A stretch of 64,000 nt of DNA from Lytechinus pictus (GCF_037042905.1 NC_087252.1:5954001-6018000), one strand, 5' to 3'; positions 1 to 14,190 are shown, numbered from the stretch's first letter. Made by a program: numbers and translations. The notes: a model not told the origin generated them from the sequence alone.

Positions 1-3000
1 TCAGACACAAAGCGATAACAAAAAAACTTTAAAATTGAATAGTAATTTCGTCATTATTATAGATAAAACGATTCATTCTAGACTAAGATTTTATAATTCA
101 CGCGTTATACTATATAGCATAGTCATTCTAAAAAAAATTATAGCTCCACAAATTCTTAATAATAGCCCCAAGAGCCACCATTCACAGAAGCGTAAATGTA
201 AGTTATATTAGATACGAAATTAATCCTTATACGCACCTATACGAATTCATAATTAGAGTACTATGAAAATGTTGCCTGATTAGGTAAATACCATTTTATT
301 ATCGTTTTCATGTGTGTATTTACCATGTTGATTTGTAACACGGTCTTTTATGAACCAATTTCGATTGATGATTACACTGTAGTCATTCTAACAGACAAAT
401 GGATTTGACGATACATCTTCATTGTATAGCTTGCTAAGTAGTCCTAATAACAACCCATTGAAATGAAGTAGTCTGATTGTGAATGCTTGCTATCACCCAC
501 TTCAGACGTACGCTAACATGGAGGCAAACATTGATATCATCGACCCGATAGCAAATACTATCCCCTTGTCAAGATATTCACCGGGGAATAGTATTTGGTG
601 GCAGGAGTGGGATGCTGGAGAGGCTATTGTCGTTGTCACGTAATGTTGTTTGAGGGGAACTCTATGAGGTGTTATTAAACGTGTCATATGAAAGGTAAAG
701 GGATGTCCCGGCGGAGCAAAGCTGTCTAAACCTCATCACTATACCACAATGCAACTGATATCCGCCATGAGGAGGAATGGGCTTGAGACGCTCCACGGGG
801 TGACGTATTGATGTTTTATGGGACAATTCGTCAGATATTTATTTTCATTTCAAAGGAGGACTGAGTGACGATGCATGTATACATTATTGACATATCGGGA
901 ATGCGCCTCCAGACAACGTGGAAAAGGAACCGAAACCGGGTAGCCAAATTTCACTGAAGTGAAATAATGAATTATAGCCTGACGTAGGGTGGTGTTTTAT
1001 CCTACAAAGTTTATTTTATCAGACAGTAACCATAGCAACAATCAGACATCCATGTTTCTCAGCCAATTATAGTCAAGAGAAAGTGTCAGTAGTGACAACA
1101 ATGCTGTAAAGCACACTTCTCAAGTTCAAATAGCGTTAAGAAATATCTTATATGCATCCTGTATCCTATATCGATTAGACATTTATTTTTTAGATATTTT
1201 TTCATGAAGAGACGGGAATGGGTGCTAACGACATAGGACCAAAAGTTCCTCAAATATATTTTGTCGTAATAAAAGCTGTCATTAGACCGTATGTACTGCA
1301 CATGCCTCTTGGGGGCTTATCAACATAAGTATGTCGAGGTCATCATCATCATTTGTAATGAAAACGAAATAACAAAATAAAATATCGACCATCTATTTTG
1401 TTTTGATATTCTGAAACGGTACCCCCCCCCATGATAGAAGACGAAAACATTTCGTAGAGACAGAAATATAGAAAAAAGGGAAACATGATTCAAGTGCTCC
1501 TTTGCTCTTATCGTCATAGCATGAAGCTTGAAGCCAACTAAATCTCTCAAGAATTACATATCTCGCAAATAAGGCGATCATATGTCACCGGCAATCGGAA
1601 AATTATGCGTAACTTTACGTCAAACGACTGGAAGCCTTGGGCGGGAAACTATTAATAATTTCATTTTTTTGCAAGGAAGACTAATAGCATTGGCAAGGTA
1701 AAGATGGTACTCACTCACTCAAAGTTATTTACTTCCGATTGCTAAAGGCATTGAATTTTGCGTTCAAGAGAATTCTTAAAACACAGTGATCCTTTGGTTG
1801 ACTGTGTAGAGCCAACTTTGGAAAATAAAATCTTGATAAATCAGCAATAATATTGTGACAAAAAATTCAATTGTAATTTCTATTTGTTATGCGATGGTTT
1901 ATTTTTCATTTCATTGTATTAAGATTGGGATCGTTCTTGATATACAATTTTATTTGTATTTATATCATATAGTGCCATCAATTATCTATGAGTATATTTT
2001 TAAAAAAATTATAAAATGAAAATACATGTACATCCCGCTTATTTATTAGAGAGAGAGAGTGAAGAGGGAAAGAGAGATGTGGACAAATGGAAAGATCGAT
2101 TAAAAAAAGAATCCCGTAAAAATGACAAAGAAATGTGGAAAAAGAAGGAGAGATGGGGTCTAAGAATAAATGACAAAAAATAAAGGGGAAAGGTAAGCTT
2201 TGCTTTGAGGAATCATGGAAAATAATAAAGAGGGTTGGTTAAAAAAAGAGAAAGTACATGAACGATAGGAATTTCAAAAGGGACTTCAATTCAAAGTCTC
2301 CTTGGAAAGCACCTCTGAATTTGATTTCAAAGTTATATCAAACAGAAAATGAGCAAGGATTTATTTATACATGTATCACCAGTGAAATAAGTTATTCAGC
2401 ATTCTTTGTTGTAATGAAACCATGATGCATGATAATCTTAATAATCAACGCTTATCCGTATCACTGATCAAATTAACTAAAAAGTAATGTACTACAAATA
2501 TAAATCTGTGCATAACATGGTATTTATTTGGTTTTTTTTAGTACATGTCCAATTACAGTGGTGGACCTGCTATACCATTCACCAATTACAGCCTTTAACC
2601 GCCTCATTGGAGATAGCAAATGAAAATGAATTGCGCATTAAAAAGCAAACAGTACTGCATAAAACTAATCAGGTGGTAAATTGATGACGGCATGTAAAAA
2701 TCGTTTACCCGCCTTCCCGAACACTCGTCAGCGTGGATTATACACCTGGGAATGTTATTAGCGCACACTAAAAAAAAAAAAAACGCTGAAAACCAAAGTT
2801 TGGGTAGCTATGCTGAGTGTCTTTAAAACTCATAAATATGCTCTCCCGGCATTTTGTTGTTGTTGTTGTTTTTGCAGTTTCCATTTTGTTGCAGCATTGC
2901 CAAGGAATACTATTAGCCTGTCAAACGGTGCGTTCTGTTCGAACTTTAAGATGGACAACATCATACTGCCTTTTTTTTATGTGAGCTCTTTACCAGTTAT

Positions 3001-5934
3001 AATTGATTAAAATATTTTATTTTATTTCATTCATTTATAAGTATATTTTGAAAACAAATAGATGGGATCTTGGATAAGTTCGTGTAACATTTTCATAAAG
3101 CACTATGTTTTTTAAATTAGCATTTATTATTTCACTGATATATCACTGTATTTTCTCAAGTTGCCTGATAATTATAAACATGCATCAAACGTACATTTCT
3201 AGAGACGGAAACTTAGTTTGAATAAACTAATAAAAAAATGCTTAAATTCCATCGCAATGCTTTGACTTATCACACGTTTCATGGAGGGGTAATGATCTTA
3301 AGAACTGAAATATATGGTGGCCAAGAGAAAGACGAGAGTGAATGAGAGGAGACCGAGGCAGACATGGTCGAAGGTCTTCATTAAGCACGTATCATCCTGA
3401 GTAATGACAAGGACATACTCTATTGTTGTCCATTCTCTTGTTGCGTTACCATGGTAACCTAACAATAAAACGAACTATCCTGACTGCGCGCTACGTCATC
3501 AAAAACAAAATATATTTAGGAGAAAATGAGCAAAACCTTAAAATAAATGCAGTAAACAATACATGGCATGTTCAGGAATAGCGTAGAGAACGATGTATAA
3601 TACGGTAATATGACCTGCGACACCCGCTTTAGTCTTGCGATAAAGGTGTATATTTACTCATATACATGTATAACGATGACGTCATTCTTTCTTCTTTGAC
3701 TATTGTAGGCGTACGGGCAAAAACGACTAATTTTCAATTTAAAGAAAGTAAGTTTAAATTAGATTACCTATTTATGACAATAATACAATTCCAAATAAAT
3801 TGATGAATAAATGAATAATACAAATGATAAACAAAATTAAAGTTGACAAATCACTTGAAAAAAGAGATGAATTAATTAATCAATATATATATTTATATGT
3901 TTATATGGATGTAGGTATATGCATACTGTAACCAAATATAAAAGAAAGAAATATAAATGTACATGGCAAGGCAATGCATACCCCCAAATAGGTGACACTA
4001 TACATGGTAAGAGTATGCAATTATACTGAACGACACACTAATAAACAGTTAATAATAATACAAAGAGCAATCAGAAAAAAAAAATCTTTATAAATAACAT
4101 CAAAGCCCCATTTTCTATGATAGCAAGTCTTGCTGGAATGTCAATTACAGGGACAACCTGTTTTTTATTGGTTCTTCCAGTTCTGTTTTCTTTTTCTGTC
4201 ATTCCCTTCCATCCCATCCATATCGGACTCTTTCCCTTATATTACTATACTTGTACACGACATTCCAACCAGATGTATTCTGCCTTTTTTTACTGCTGGA
4301 GAATTATCTTTCAGGGGTGTTGTGCTTCTTCCAGACAGACAAATGGATGACAGAAAAAGATGGAGGTGCCATGTTCAAAATGAAAAGAAAACGTTGAGAA
4401 AAATAGTGTGGCGTCTCATCTTGCATCTACAGTAAATGCAGGTCGACATCTGGCATGTCTGGCCAAGGAAAGTGCATCGGCTGGCAAGTATAAAATATAG
4501 TTGATCATTTTTTTTGTGGCCAGACGAGGCAATAATGATTACGGATTAATGTTAAAAATAACTCTTTCTAATCAAAATGCTCCCAGCGTACTATGACGTA
4601 ACATTTGAACATGTAATTAGGTATTCTCGCATAACTTATATGCTTGGTAGTGTTCTTCATACATGCTGGCTTATTATTATCATCATAAGAATGACATCAT
4701 TGTAGAAATGCAGCTTAATTTCCCTGAGAAAAATACCTCTTCAATAAACAGTTGCATTGGTCAGCAGACAATATCATCGCCCCTGGCGGTGCATGCTAAA
4801 GCGCTCGCACTTTGTACAATTATCAGGTTGAGTAGCGCCTCTCAAGTAGTGCGGGGGACGTATCGCCTGGAAACACATATTTACTGTACAGATTGAGAGA
4901 AAGGAATGGTGAGTTATTTCAGTTGACAGTCCATGCCCTCAGAGAAGGAGAGGCAAGAGGATAGGCGGAAAGAGCCAGGGATTAAGGGCGCTTATGGGAA
5001 GAGAAAGGTAGCGGATAAAGTCACATTATCACCGACTTGTGAAGCCCTTGCAGCAAACTTGTGGAGAATAAGGTGCTTGAAGGAAAAGATGGAGTACGTT
5101 TACAGGGGAGAAATGTTAATATGGAGATTCAGAGAGCAGTACAAATGAGTTGAGCTAAAGAGTGGGGCTCAAAATTCTCCTCATTCCAACAGTGCTACAA
5201 TTACGATAAAAATATGTATTTTTACATTATTGCTGACGTAAAGTGTGAGGGTGAGTGTGTGTGTGTGGGGGGGGGGGGGTCGGAATAAATATACGCTACA
5301 TTCATGTAATATGAACGTCATAATAAATTCATATAATATTTCACCCGATTCACCTCCCAACTATTCTATAATCTTTTAAATTCACAACACATGGAATAAC
5401 TCGCTAAAAATGATATAAGGCCTTGATAGGTTCATTACCATCATGGATATTTAATTTATCGTCTCTCTCTCTCTCTCTCTATCCCCTTGTCTCTTTCCCT
5501 CTCTTTCCTTACGTATCTTACTACAGTCTTCTAGAATTGGGACTATGTTCCCTCTCACAGATATTATCACCACACTATAGGCCTAGGCCCTAATGTATAT
5601 TCCTCAAGGAATTTCCTACATATACATTGCATTGTGCCAGAAAGCGGGAAAATTCCTTAAAAAACTCTTAGAATTGTAGCAAATTCAGAACCCTAACCCA
5701 GTGTTCCCAATCCGAACATTACACCGTTATCCGATCTGTGCATGGAATCTCATGCCTGAAAAGAAGATGAACTAGCAGTGACAGTCTTGTCAGGGTGTGT
5801 GCAAAGCATGATTAATAAAGGAGGTCTACTGCTCACATTAGTGTAATTTATTGATATTGCTTCGAGAGGTTCGAGTTACAACACCATCCGGCGGTACGTC
5901 TAGACACCTCCTAGGGATAAGTTCACATGGACCT

Positions 5935-6111
5935 GGTAGGTGTTTCACAAAGATGTTCGTCAGTTACAAGCAACTTAATGAACGAATGGTTACCCTTTTT
6001 TAGGATTTAAACCTAAGACAATTGTGTGCACATAATTTACCTTAAGAAAGGATCACCTGTCGTTCGTAAAGTCGCTCATAACTTACGAACAGCTTTTACG
6101 AAACACCCACC
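5935..6111. mobile_element. Palindromic MITE, PIF/Harbinger-like termini
   Basis: Left arm GGTAGGGTGTTTCACAAAGATGTTCGTCAGTTACAAGCAACTT... aligns over ~70 bp with the reverse complement of the right arm (GGTGGGTGTTTCGTAAAAGCTGTTCGTAAGTTATGAGCGACTTT...). No coding capacity. Superfamily inferred from GG-starting termini. Confidence 0.8.
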
Positions 6112-6114
6112 CGA

Positions 6115-6552
6115 GGTCCGTTGCAAAAAGTGTTGCGTTTAAGCACACAATAAAGACAGTGGCCCGTGTTCTGAAGTTTAACTTAAGTATGGGAAGCCAT
6201 AAGTATCAACATTTTTATTAAGTTGTACGTTTCCTATGTTTACTGTGCTCTTTCCTGATTCATCGATGGTGAAGACAATGATATATTTATACTTCCTAGA
6301 CAATTATGAATGGTTTGAGAGCCAAATGAGCTGAAGTATGATATCTCTACTATTAGTGATTTATGTAACAATTGGCTATCCATACTTAAACCACAACTTT
6401 AAACCTGAGTTTAAGTTAAACCTGCTATCAGAATACGGGCCAGTGTGTCTAACACACACGCATAAAAGAACTAAATCAAGTGCAAGCCCCTAATAAGTGC
6501 GTTTAATTGGTTAAAAATCAATTTGCGTTTGATTTTAGCTGTCTCTGCAAAC
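6115..6552. mobile_element. Degenerate MITE interrupted by the 6161-6441 insertion
   Basis: Left end GGTCCGTTGCAAAAAGTGTTGCG resembles the terminus of the 44211-44456 element (GGGCCCCGTCTTCCAAAGAGTTGCG). The right end (...TCTCTGCAA) is only weakly complementary. Confidence 0.4.
6161..6441. mobile_element. MITE with GGCCCG termini and 3-bp TSD, PIF/Harbinger-like
   Basis: TIRs GGCCCGTGTTCTGA / TCAGAATACGGGCC (13/14 match). AGT flanks both sides (6158-6160 and 6442-6444). Confidence 0.85.
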
Positions 6553-9500
6553 TCCATTGCGCACGATGCGTTATTCGACCAATGTGGTAAATTATATTGT
6601 GGTTTAGTGCGAAAATACTAATATACTAGCTTTAAATCCCTTTATTAAGATATTGAGATATCAATATTTCAGTGGTGATCCCAAGGCATTTTGATAGATA
6701 AATCAAGACGCCATATTAAATGATGACATCAGGTTTTCATATGCACTTCCATGACTACAGAGGTATTTTTCTAAGTTTTGAGACATAGCTTTTTGTTAAA
6801 ACCTTTGTTGAAACCTGAAACCTTTGTTGAAATCTAGACTCGTCCCGGTATTTATAGCGTAGGCTATCGCGCTGAACATTATGTTTATATTGGATAGTGT
6901 ACATCGTGTACATGAAAGTGATTCGCAAATATTTGTAAAATAGTTTAACACTTTAGATATGAAGGAGCAAAATTGATTTTGATAGGACAAGGGCGTGCGC
7001 CACATTCACTTGATGACCCCAAAGCTACGAACCAGGCCGGTCATTAAACTACTATAAAACCAATAAGTTGGGAGTAACAGAGACAGTATGGTCATATCCG
7101 TGTGAGTGCCCATCGCGACAAAGAAGATAAGTACAGTCAGCTTTCGAAATGCAATGATGCCATTGTGACACACTTTATTTGAACGAAATGTGTTCATAGA
7201 TCGAGAAAACACACACGCACCCCGTCACACATTTCCTTTTATAGCACACACACACGTGTAAAATCATACTTTCTTCAAAATTATTCAATCCTTTTAAAAT
7301 CGTACTTCATCACTTCTTGATAGGTGGCAACAGTTTAAATCTTTGGAGTATACTGCATCTTTGTGGAAGGTCTAAAATCATAAAATATAACAAAGTAAGC
7401 AAAAGAATGCTGAAAAAGCGACCCCTCCAAAAAAAGGAGGAAATTATGCGGGAGGGATATCGATAACGAATAGAAATTATAGCATGAACCAAATTAAAAA
7501 CAAATGAAAATAACAACGAACAAAAGAAGAAACAGAAATGACCAAAAATTGCAACAACAACAAAAAAACAGAAAGGAGGAATTGGCTAAAGGGAAAAATG
7601 AAATGCAAAAATATTAAGAAAAAATTGTTATCTGTCGTTGTGCCGAATTGTATTTGTTTATTATCAGCAGAATGGGGATCGTCAAATCAATATGGTGATA
7701 TTTTTTTTGCAATGAACTTGTTCCAAATACTGACCATTCACATGAACAAAAATATATTAGACTGTTAGAGATGAAAATATAGTGAGAATCGCCTGGCGTC
7801 AAAGTCACATTAGACAAATAATGTTAGCATAAGGACACCATTAATTAAAAGGTACGAGTATGTGTAGGTGTGGTGTGTGTGTGGTGGTGGGTGTTGGTCT
7901 ATGGGAGTATTTTAAACAATGTCATTAAATGTTTCTATATAAACTAAACAAATCCTTCCTTATTAACTTTTCGATTTTTTCAAAAGCATTTTCTGCTTGC
8001 TTTTGATATTTGCCAGTCATTATATTTTCATCTAGAATTATATCATTAGTCAGAAGTACCCTTTATACACCCCTTCCCCACCTCGCTTTAAATACATGAC
8101 GTGTGTGTATATATTATGTTTCCATTCCCCCTTTGCAGTATCTATACTACCTTTACCATCTCATCGACAATGAACTCATTGAAAAGGGGCAACATTGGTA
8201 TGGTACACACGTTATGAAACTCTCATTAGTACTAATTTAACTGTCATTACAATTCCTATTTGACCACACGCGTTAAACATAGAGTCGTTGGGTACACATT
8301 TAAAGAAGGAACATGACCTATAACATGTAACTTCTTCGTGGTGCATTTGTAGTTAATCACGTGTGGGCTCTATGGTTGTTGTGCCGTGACATATCCGAAA
8401 AAAAGTACTGAAATGGGATTATAAATATTAAAATTAACAGATTAGATACAGTAACAGTGAAAGAGAGATATCTCAAGATAACTCGCGTCTGCCATGTCTC
8501 CGTCGATACAAAATTAGACAAGACACTTCTTGTGTGTAGGGGTAGGGCGACATACAAAGGTTGAGATGAATTATAGGATTCCTCTGACATCACTGGCAAT
8601 TGTCACAAACTTGATAACGTCAACATTTCATTTATGGTCCAAAATGCGTGTTTATTGTACTGACTGCTAATTTGATCAAAATTACGTTATTGATTTGAAT
8701 AGTAAATGAATATTAAATGTTAAACTCTTCTAAACCCGACAGTGGCAGGCACTCATTGTGTACCTGTTACCACATATATTGAAGGTCAGACGACCTATTA
8801 GATAGATTTTTCATTTTAAGTATAAATATCATATATATATTTTTTTTTTATCATAACAATACGCTACGAAAAAAATGGTCGTTGCTTTATACATCGATCT
8901 TGGGGTGTTATTGTATTGCTTCCGTTTGCAAACTTTTTTTTAATGTTGTGTTTGTTTTGTTTTTATAAAAAGACTTAGTGTTAAAAGTGTTAAACTAGAA
9001 CGAAAGCCCAACCCAGAAAAAAAACCCTCTGGCGATGAAAAATATCAACATACATGCAAGCATTAAATCGAATACAAACAAAAACTGGAGAAGGAAAACA
9101 ACAGCTCAACTTAAAATAGCGCAATAGAAATGGTTTTACACCAGACCTTTGACTTGTTAACAATTAACTCTGACTACGTAGTGATGCGTTGACCAGATTT
9201 CGACCACAGCCTCATTAACATGCTGTAGTCATGGTCATTTCCTCTTTAAATTCCTTTTACTATAATGACCATACCAGTCCCTACTTACAAATGTTTGTTT
9301 TTTCTTTCTTTCTATTGATTCACGACGATTTTGTTCAGTAAAACCTTTCTGATTCGTATGCATATCCTTTATATTGATTTTAAATCTTGAATGTAAATGT
9401 AAACCCTAGCCTATTTATGTATTTTTTTAAAGTAAAGAATAAGCATGCATCTATTTTGTATACCGGGAAGGAACACCAGATACTTATAAGAATTTATTTA

Positions 9501-9783
9501 CTTCAATATCATATGTAATCAAGCTTTAAATAATCGATACCATTCTCCATTTTTCACATTTGCAATCACGTGATTAATGTTAGAACAGGATTTATCTTTT
9601 TTTTTTAATTGGATAAATCCGACTTCACTATTTTTTTATTTCCAAAGCTCTTTTTTATCAAGGTGCATTTTGAGGTTATTATGATGGATGCTAACTCTAT
9701 TTTTAAGGTACACTCCCCCTTTTCCCTATTAAACTATTTTCATGAGCCCCTTCCCCAACCTAATATATATTTGATGTTATGAC

Positions 9784-10074
9784 CAGGGGCAGATCTGTGA
9801 TTTTCCAAAGGGGTTGGGGTGTGGTTGTACTAAAAAAATAACAACCCGCACCCCCCCAAAAAAATTAGTATAATAATAGAAAAATAATAATAATGATAAT
9901 AAAAAGTTTTAAAATCCAGATTAATGATGATTTATTTTAGGGAAAAAATAGACAAACAAGAAAAGTCCTCACTGGCGTAGGCACGACATATATTTTCCTA
10001 ACAAATCTTTATTTTTGCGCTCAAAAGGGGATTGGGGTATTGGCCGCATGTGGCCCTACCGGAATCCGCCACTG
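9784..10074. mobile_element. Old hAT-like MITE
   Basis: Termini CAGGGGCAGATC / GAATCCGCCACTG (reverse complement CAGTGGCGGATTC) with G-rich and C-rich subterminal runs. The 8-bp TSD is not preserved (4/8). Confidence 0.55.
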
Positions 10075-10984
10075 ATAATACCCAAATAGCCAGCAGTAAT
10101 GATTTTCTACACACACAAAACACATTTAATTACTCCTTTTTTACCTATGGCAGATTACAAACTACTGTGGATAATTTTATCTATAGTAGATGTTAAACTA
10201 CTGAAACTGCGTTTTGTTTTATTAGAGGCACAATTTTCTGCAAAATTCATTATTTTCATAACATTTCTTGCTACAGTTACATTAACAAACGTCTTAAGAT
10301 TAATTAGTGTGACAAACGTTCAGTTCATTTAGTGTTTGAAAGTACCCAGTTAATATAAAGAGTGGGAAATCAAGTGCTACTTAAATGGAGTGGGCGGTAC
10401 TGAAGAGGTGTTGCTTGCCGATTTGAATCACTGAGCACAGACACAATTAAAACAGGTGAAAGCAGTCATTAATTTTATTGACCGAATGCCACAGACAGCA
10501 TCATTAAAACATATATGTAATACGTTGCCATGTATTTTAATATACTGCGATAGATAAAGTATCATTTTGCAAATGAATGCTTAATCACTGAAGGCGTTTG
10601 GAAGGATAAGTATGTTTCAAGAATAAGTATAATCTTCAGGCGCTAACACCAGCAAAACAAATGATGATATTAGATAAATGTCCGTGAACAAAGACGATAA
10701 AAGAAGCAAGTCTGCAATTGTAAAATTGGATTATGAGTAAAGGCACGGTCGATTTATGGTGGTACAAGTATAGGGCACTATTGGTCTTAACCATCACATC
10801 ACCATGTCAACAGATAATTGTGTTAACGAGGTCGTGTTCTCTGCGACAGAAGTCGGTTCATAACAACAACAAAAATAATAGTAATAAACAAGATAGAGAG
10901 AAAAAAAAATGCTCTAAGCTCAAAAGGTATAGTCCGGATCGTAAGCAAAGATTGCTAAAAGGGAGATGATCAAAGAGAACCTGG

Positions 10985-11220
10985 ACTCGGGGTAAGGATT
11001 ATATTTTTGTCTCAAGAGATGAGCGGATAACGAAGAGAGAGAGAGATAAAAACGAATGAGAAAGACACACGAAGAAAAGGAGATATAAAGACAAAATAGA
11101 AAGAGAAACAAATAAATTAAAAGAGATATAAAAGGCAAAAGATAAAGGGAAATACAGACAGAGAGAACGAGTGAAAGATGAAGGAAGATGACATAAGATT
11201 GAAGAGAAAGAGAGACAGGT
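10985..11220 (+). repeat. Polypurine (GA/AAG-rich) low-complexity tract
   Basis: Predominantly A/G on the + strand; source of spurious Phe/Leu/Ser-rich minus-strand ORFs. Confidence 0.85.
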
Positions 11221-12440
11221 CATCAAATCAGCGGTTTTGTCCTTGAGTGACCGAAGTACAGCCTCAGGTCAATAGGTACTTGGTCTGAATTTACTACCAC
11301 TCCAACAGAGAACAAATGATCAGTGAAATTGCGGCGTTCACACTTGAAAATGGAACCTACAGTGGCTATAGGATAGTCAAAGAAATTAATTTGTCAATGA
11401 CAATGTAACAATGCTTGATTCTTTAATAAATTGCAATATTCAAGCTCGAAAGATTCGTGCTATAAATTAGAAAGCATTGGCCTCGTTGCCAACAGCATGA
11501 ATGTGGAACTGTCATTAAAATGAGAATATATTAGCATAGTAAACTGTACAACCGCGCTGGCCCGATGGTGTATACCTTAGTGTTACACATGTAGAGCACG
11601 GGATTAATGCATGATCGGGTTTGGACTTTGCAGTTTCTCAATGTTTTTTTGGTTTTCCTTTTTTTTCTAGAGGGATGTTTAAATCAACTGTTCTAAAAAT
11701 GTTTCACATGATAGATATTCAAATATTCAAATCTCGCCATCTAATAGCGCATACCATCTTCATTAGAGCCTGCCATGGGGGCAAAATGTCATAAAGTTTA
11801 TGCAATGAGAACTGGTTAAACGCAATTGCAGTTTCAGTGCAAGTTTGTTTTTCATCTCACCTTTGTGGCAAAACAGTGTGAACGTGGCTTGGAAGAAGTC
11901 AAAGCACTTTCTTCAGCACTCTGCCCGAGGGTGTAGGACACTCAATAAAGCACATTCACATAGCCTTTATACAGTTTGTATAATGTTTGCTTTTATCATT
12001 CGCTGCAGGAGTCAAACGCTTCTTACAGAAATGGCACAAATCAACACCAACTTGTGATTTGTTACTTGGATGGACAAAGCAAAGTAGACTGAGTAAAGGC
12101 CATGTTCTCGAGTATTGCTAGGAGGTAAGCCTGGTTATGTAGCCCAATATACAATGATGGTTAAGGTTTTTCCCAATCCTAACCGCCAAAACCAGACACT
12201 AGCACTCCAGCATCCCACTGCTGTCTGAATCTTGAAGGGCTGGAACAAAGATGAACAACTTTCACAATATAAACGATAACAAAAAGAAAGGAAATCGATT
12301 AAAAAAGGGTAAAATACTCCCTGAATATCACAAAACAGTTAATCTACATACCTGGTCTCGTTTGCAAGCTTGATCGAAAATGATCTACTTTTTTTTCTTC
12401 TTTTTTTGCAAAACAACAAGATTAGAATTGAAAAGTGGAC

Positions 12441-12870
12441 ATTGTGCCTGATGAAGGGGGAAAATGAAAATGGAAGAACATTAAAGGAAAAAGCGATGAA
12501 GGTGGATAGAAAGACGTATCTGAAGAGGTAAAAGAAGAAGTAAGACAGAGGAATGATTCGTAAAACAAATGTAAATGACAACAAAATGGGGCAGAAGAGA
12601 AAATTATAAATGAGAAGGCCTGGAGGGATGAAGGAGAGCAAATTCAAACAAGTAGGATGGATGAAATAAAAGTAACAAAAAGAGATATGATAGTAATATA
12701 TTACGAGATGAAGACAAGGAGGAGGAAGAAAAAATGAGGGGGAAGAGGAGGAAGAGGAGGAGGGGGAGAAGGAAGAAGAAGAAAAAGAAATGATATAGAA
12801 GGAGGAAGACACAGCAAAGATGAGAGCATTGAAGACAAAAAAAGGAACGGAAGCAGGAGGGAACCTGTCT
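12441..12870 (+). repeat. Polypurine (GAA/GAG) low-complexity tract
   Basis: GAGGAAGAA-type degenerate triplets; explains ORF 12339-12812. Confidence 0.85.
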
Positions 12871-13639
12871 TGTAGTTTTTGAACATCACAAAATAATATA
12901 AAGAATCAAAAATGAGCTGAACCTCAAATAGGGGTATGTGTGTGCGGGTAGGGACATCCCATAACTACGTGACATTTCATTCATGCACCGTATCGGGCAT
13001 CAAACATACGGCGGTACAGAACATGCGCTGTGAAAGGGCATGATGGCAAATTCGCTGGTAAGCATTAATAAAACAGCATTCAGATCGATATTCTTCATGA
13101 AAATATGCTCCAAATGAGCAGATCAGCTGTTTCACCGTGCATGCCTCCAGGACAGAGGTCACTTAGCTAGATATTCATGGCTTAGATTTAATTAAGTACA
13201 GCCTGGATTTAGTTACTAATAACTGTTGTGGTCCCATGCATACGATCTGGCGTCTTCATCTTCATGTCTTTGCAAGAGAGTGTACACTCATTACTAATCT
13301 AATAGCAAACATTACTGCAAATTATAAAAAATATATATTAATATGAAACATGTAGTCAGGAAGCCATTCTGATGATATTGGCCATGCAGGTTGACAACTG
13401 CCTTGGCACGATGGCCATTAAAGAAATGATGAATTCAACAGTCACTGCATAATTCAATATCATACTCTGATTCGTTGCCGTGCTTTATAAACAGGGCAAC
13501 ACGACAGATACATGTGTATATATTTTCCAGAGAAGATGCAATTGATGGACCTTTGATGTTTTACTAAAATCAAAACATACGTGTTTAAATGGAAAATGTT
13601 TATGAAATCATGAAATGTTTATGATTCTAGTGCTGTTAA

Positions 13640-14190
13640 ATGGGTGACCCGCGCTGAAAGTAAACTTCACAAAACAATATACTAAACACTTCATCAAAAT
13701 CTGATAACAAAGTTATTGAATTTTGAAGTTTAGCAATATTTTGTGAAAACAATAATACACATCGTCATGAATATTGATTAGATTGGCTGATGATGTCACT
13801 TCTAAAGTTCCCTCTTTTTTCTTATGTTATTACATGAATTCATACTCGTTTCATTGTTATTCATAAATCAGTGAATGGTATGTCTCCATCATAATGAAAT
13901 AAGTTGCAGCAATGAATAACTAATAAACTAAGTCAGTTAACACTCTTTTTTTTTTTTTTTTAGTTCTTAGAAGAAAATTTCTGAATAATTATGATATCGT
14001 ATATAAATATAAAAGAACAAGTCGGGAGATGATATCGGTTTGCTCATTGAATATTCATTAAGGCATGCCTAGAACTGTTTCACAAGACATAATGCATATC
14101 TTCAAAATGTCATCGCTTTGTGATTACGTGTCCGATATTGATCATATTTTCAGTATTTTGTCTGACTTTTCTTGATTTTTTTTCAAATCA
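13640..14190. mobile_element. Degenerate long-inverted-repeat MITE, Kolobok-like (TTAA at left)
   Basis: TTAA at 13636-13639. Segment ~13692-13800 (TCAAAATCTGA...ACAAAG...TTTTGAAG...TTGTGAAAACA...ATGAATATT) is an imperfect inverted repeat of ~14025-14155. The right terminus is eroded. Confidence 0.65.

Noticed and set aside
4776..4790. CTCF-like site
   Set aside because: The G-run is one base short of consensus spacing; similar partial matches near 11734 and 23940 have several mismatches.
11553..11625. Possible ancient tRNA-derived SINE head
   Set aside because: A-box-like TGGCCCGATGG is present but the B box is too degenerate to support a call.
12339..12889. 157-aa and 62-aa hydrophobic ORFs
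   Set aside because: Antisense reading of a polypurine tract; no domain features.
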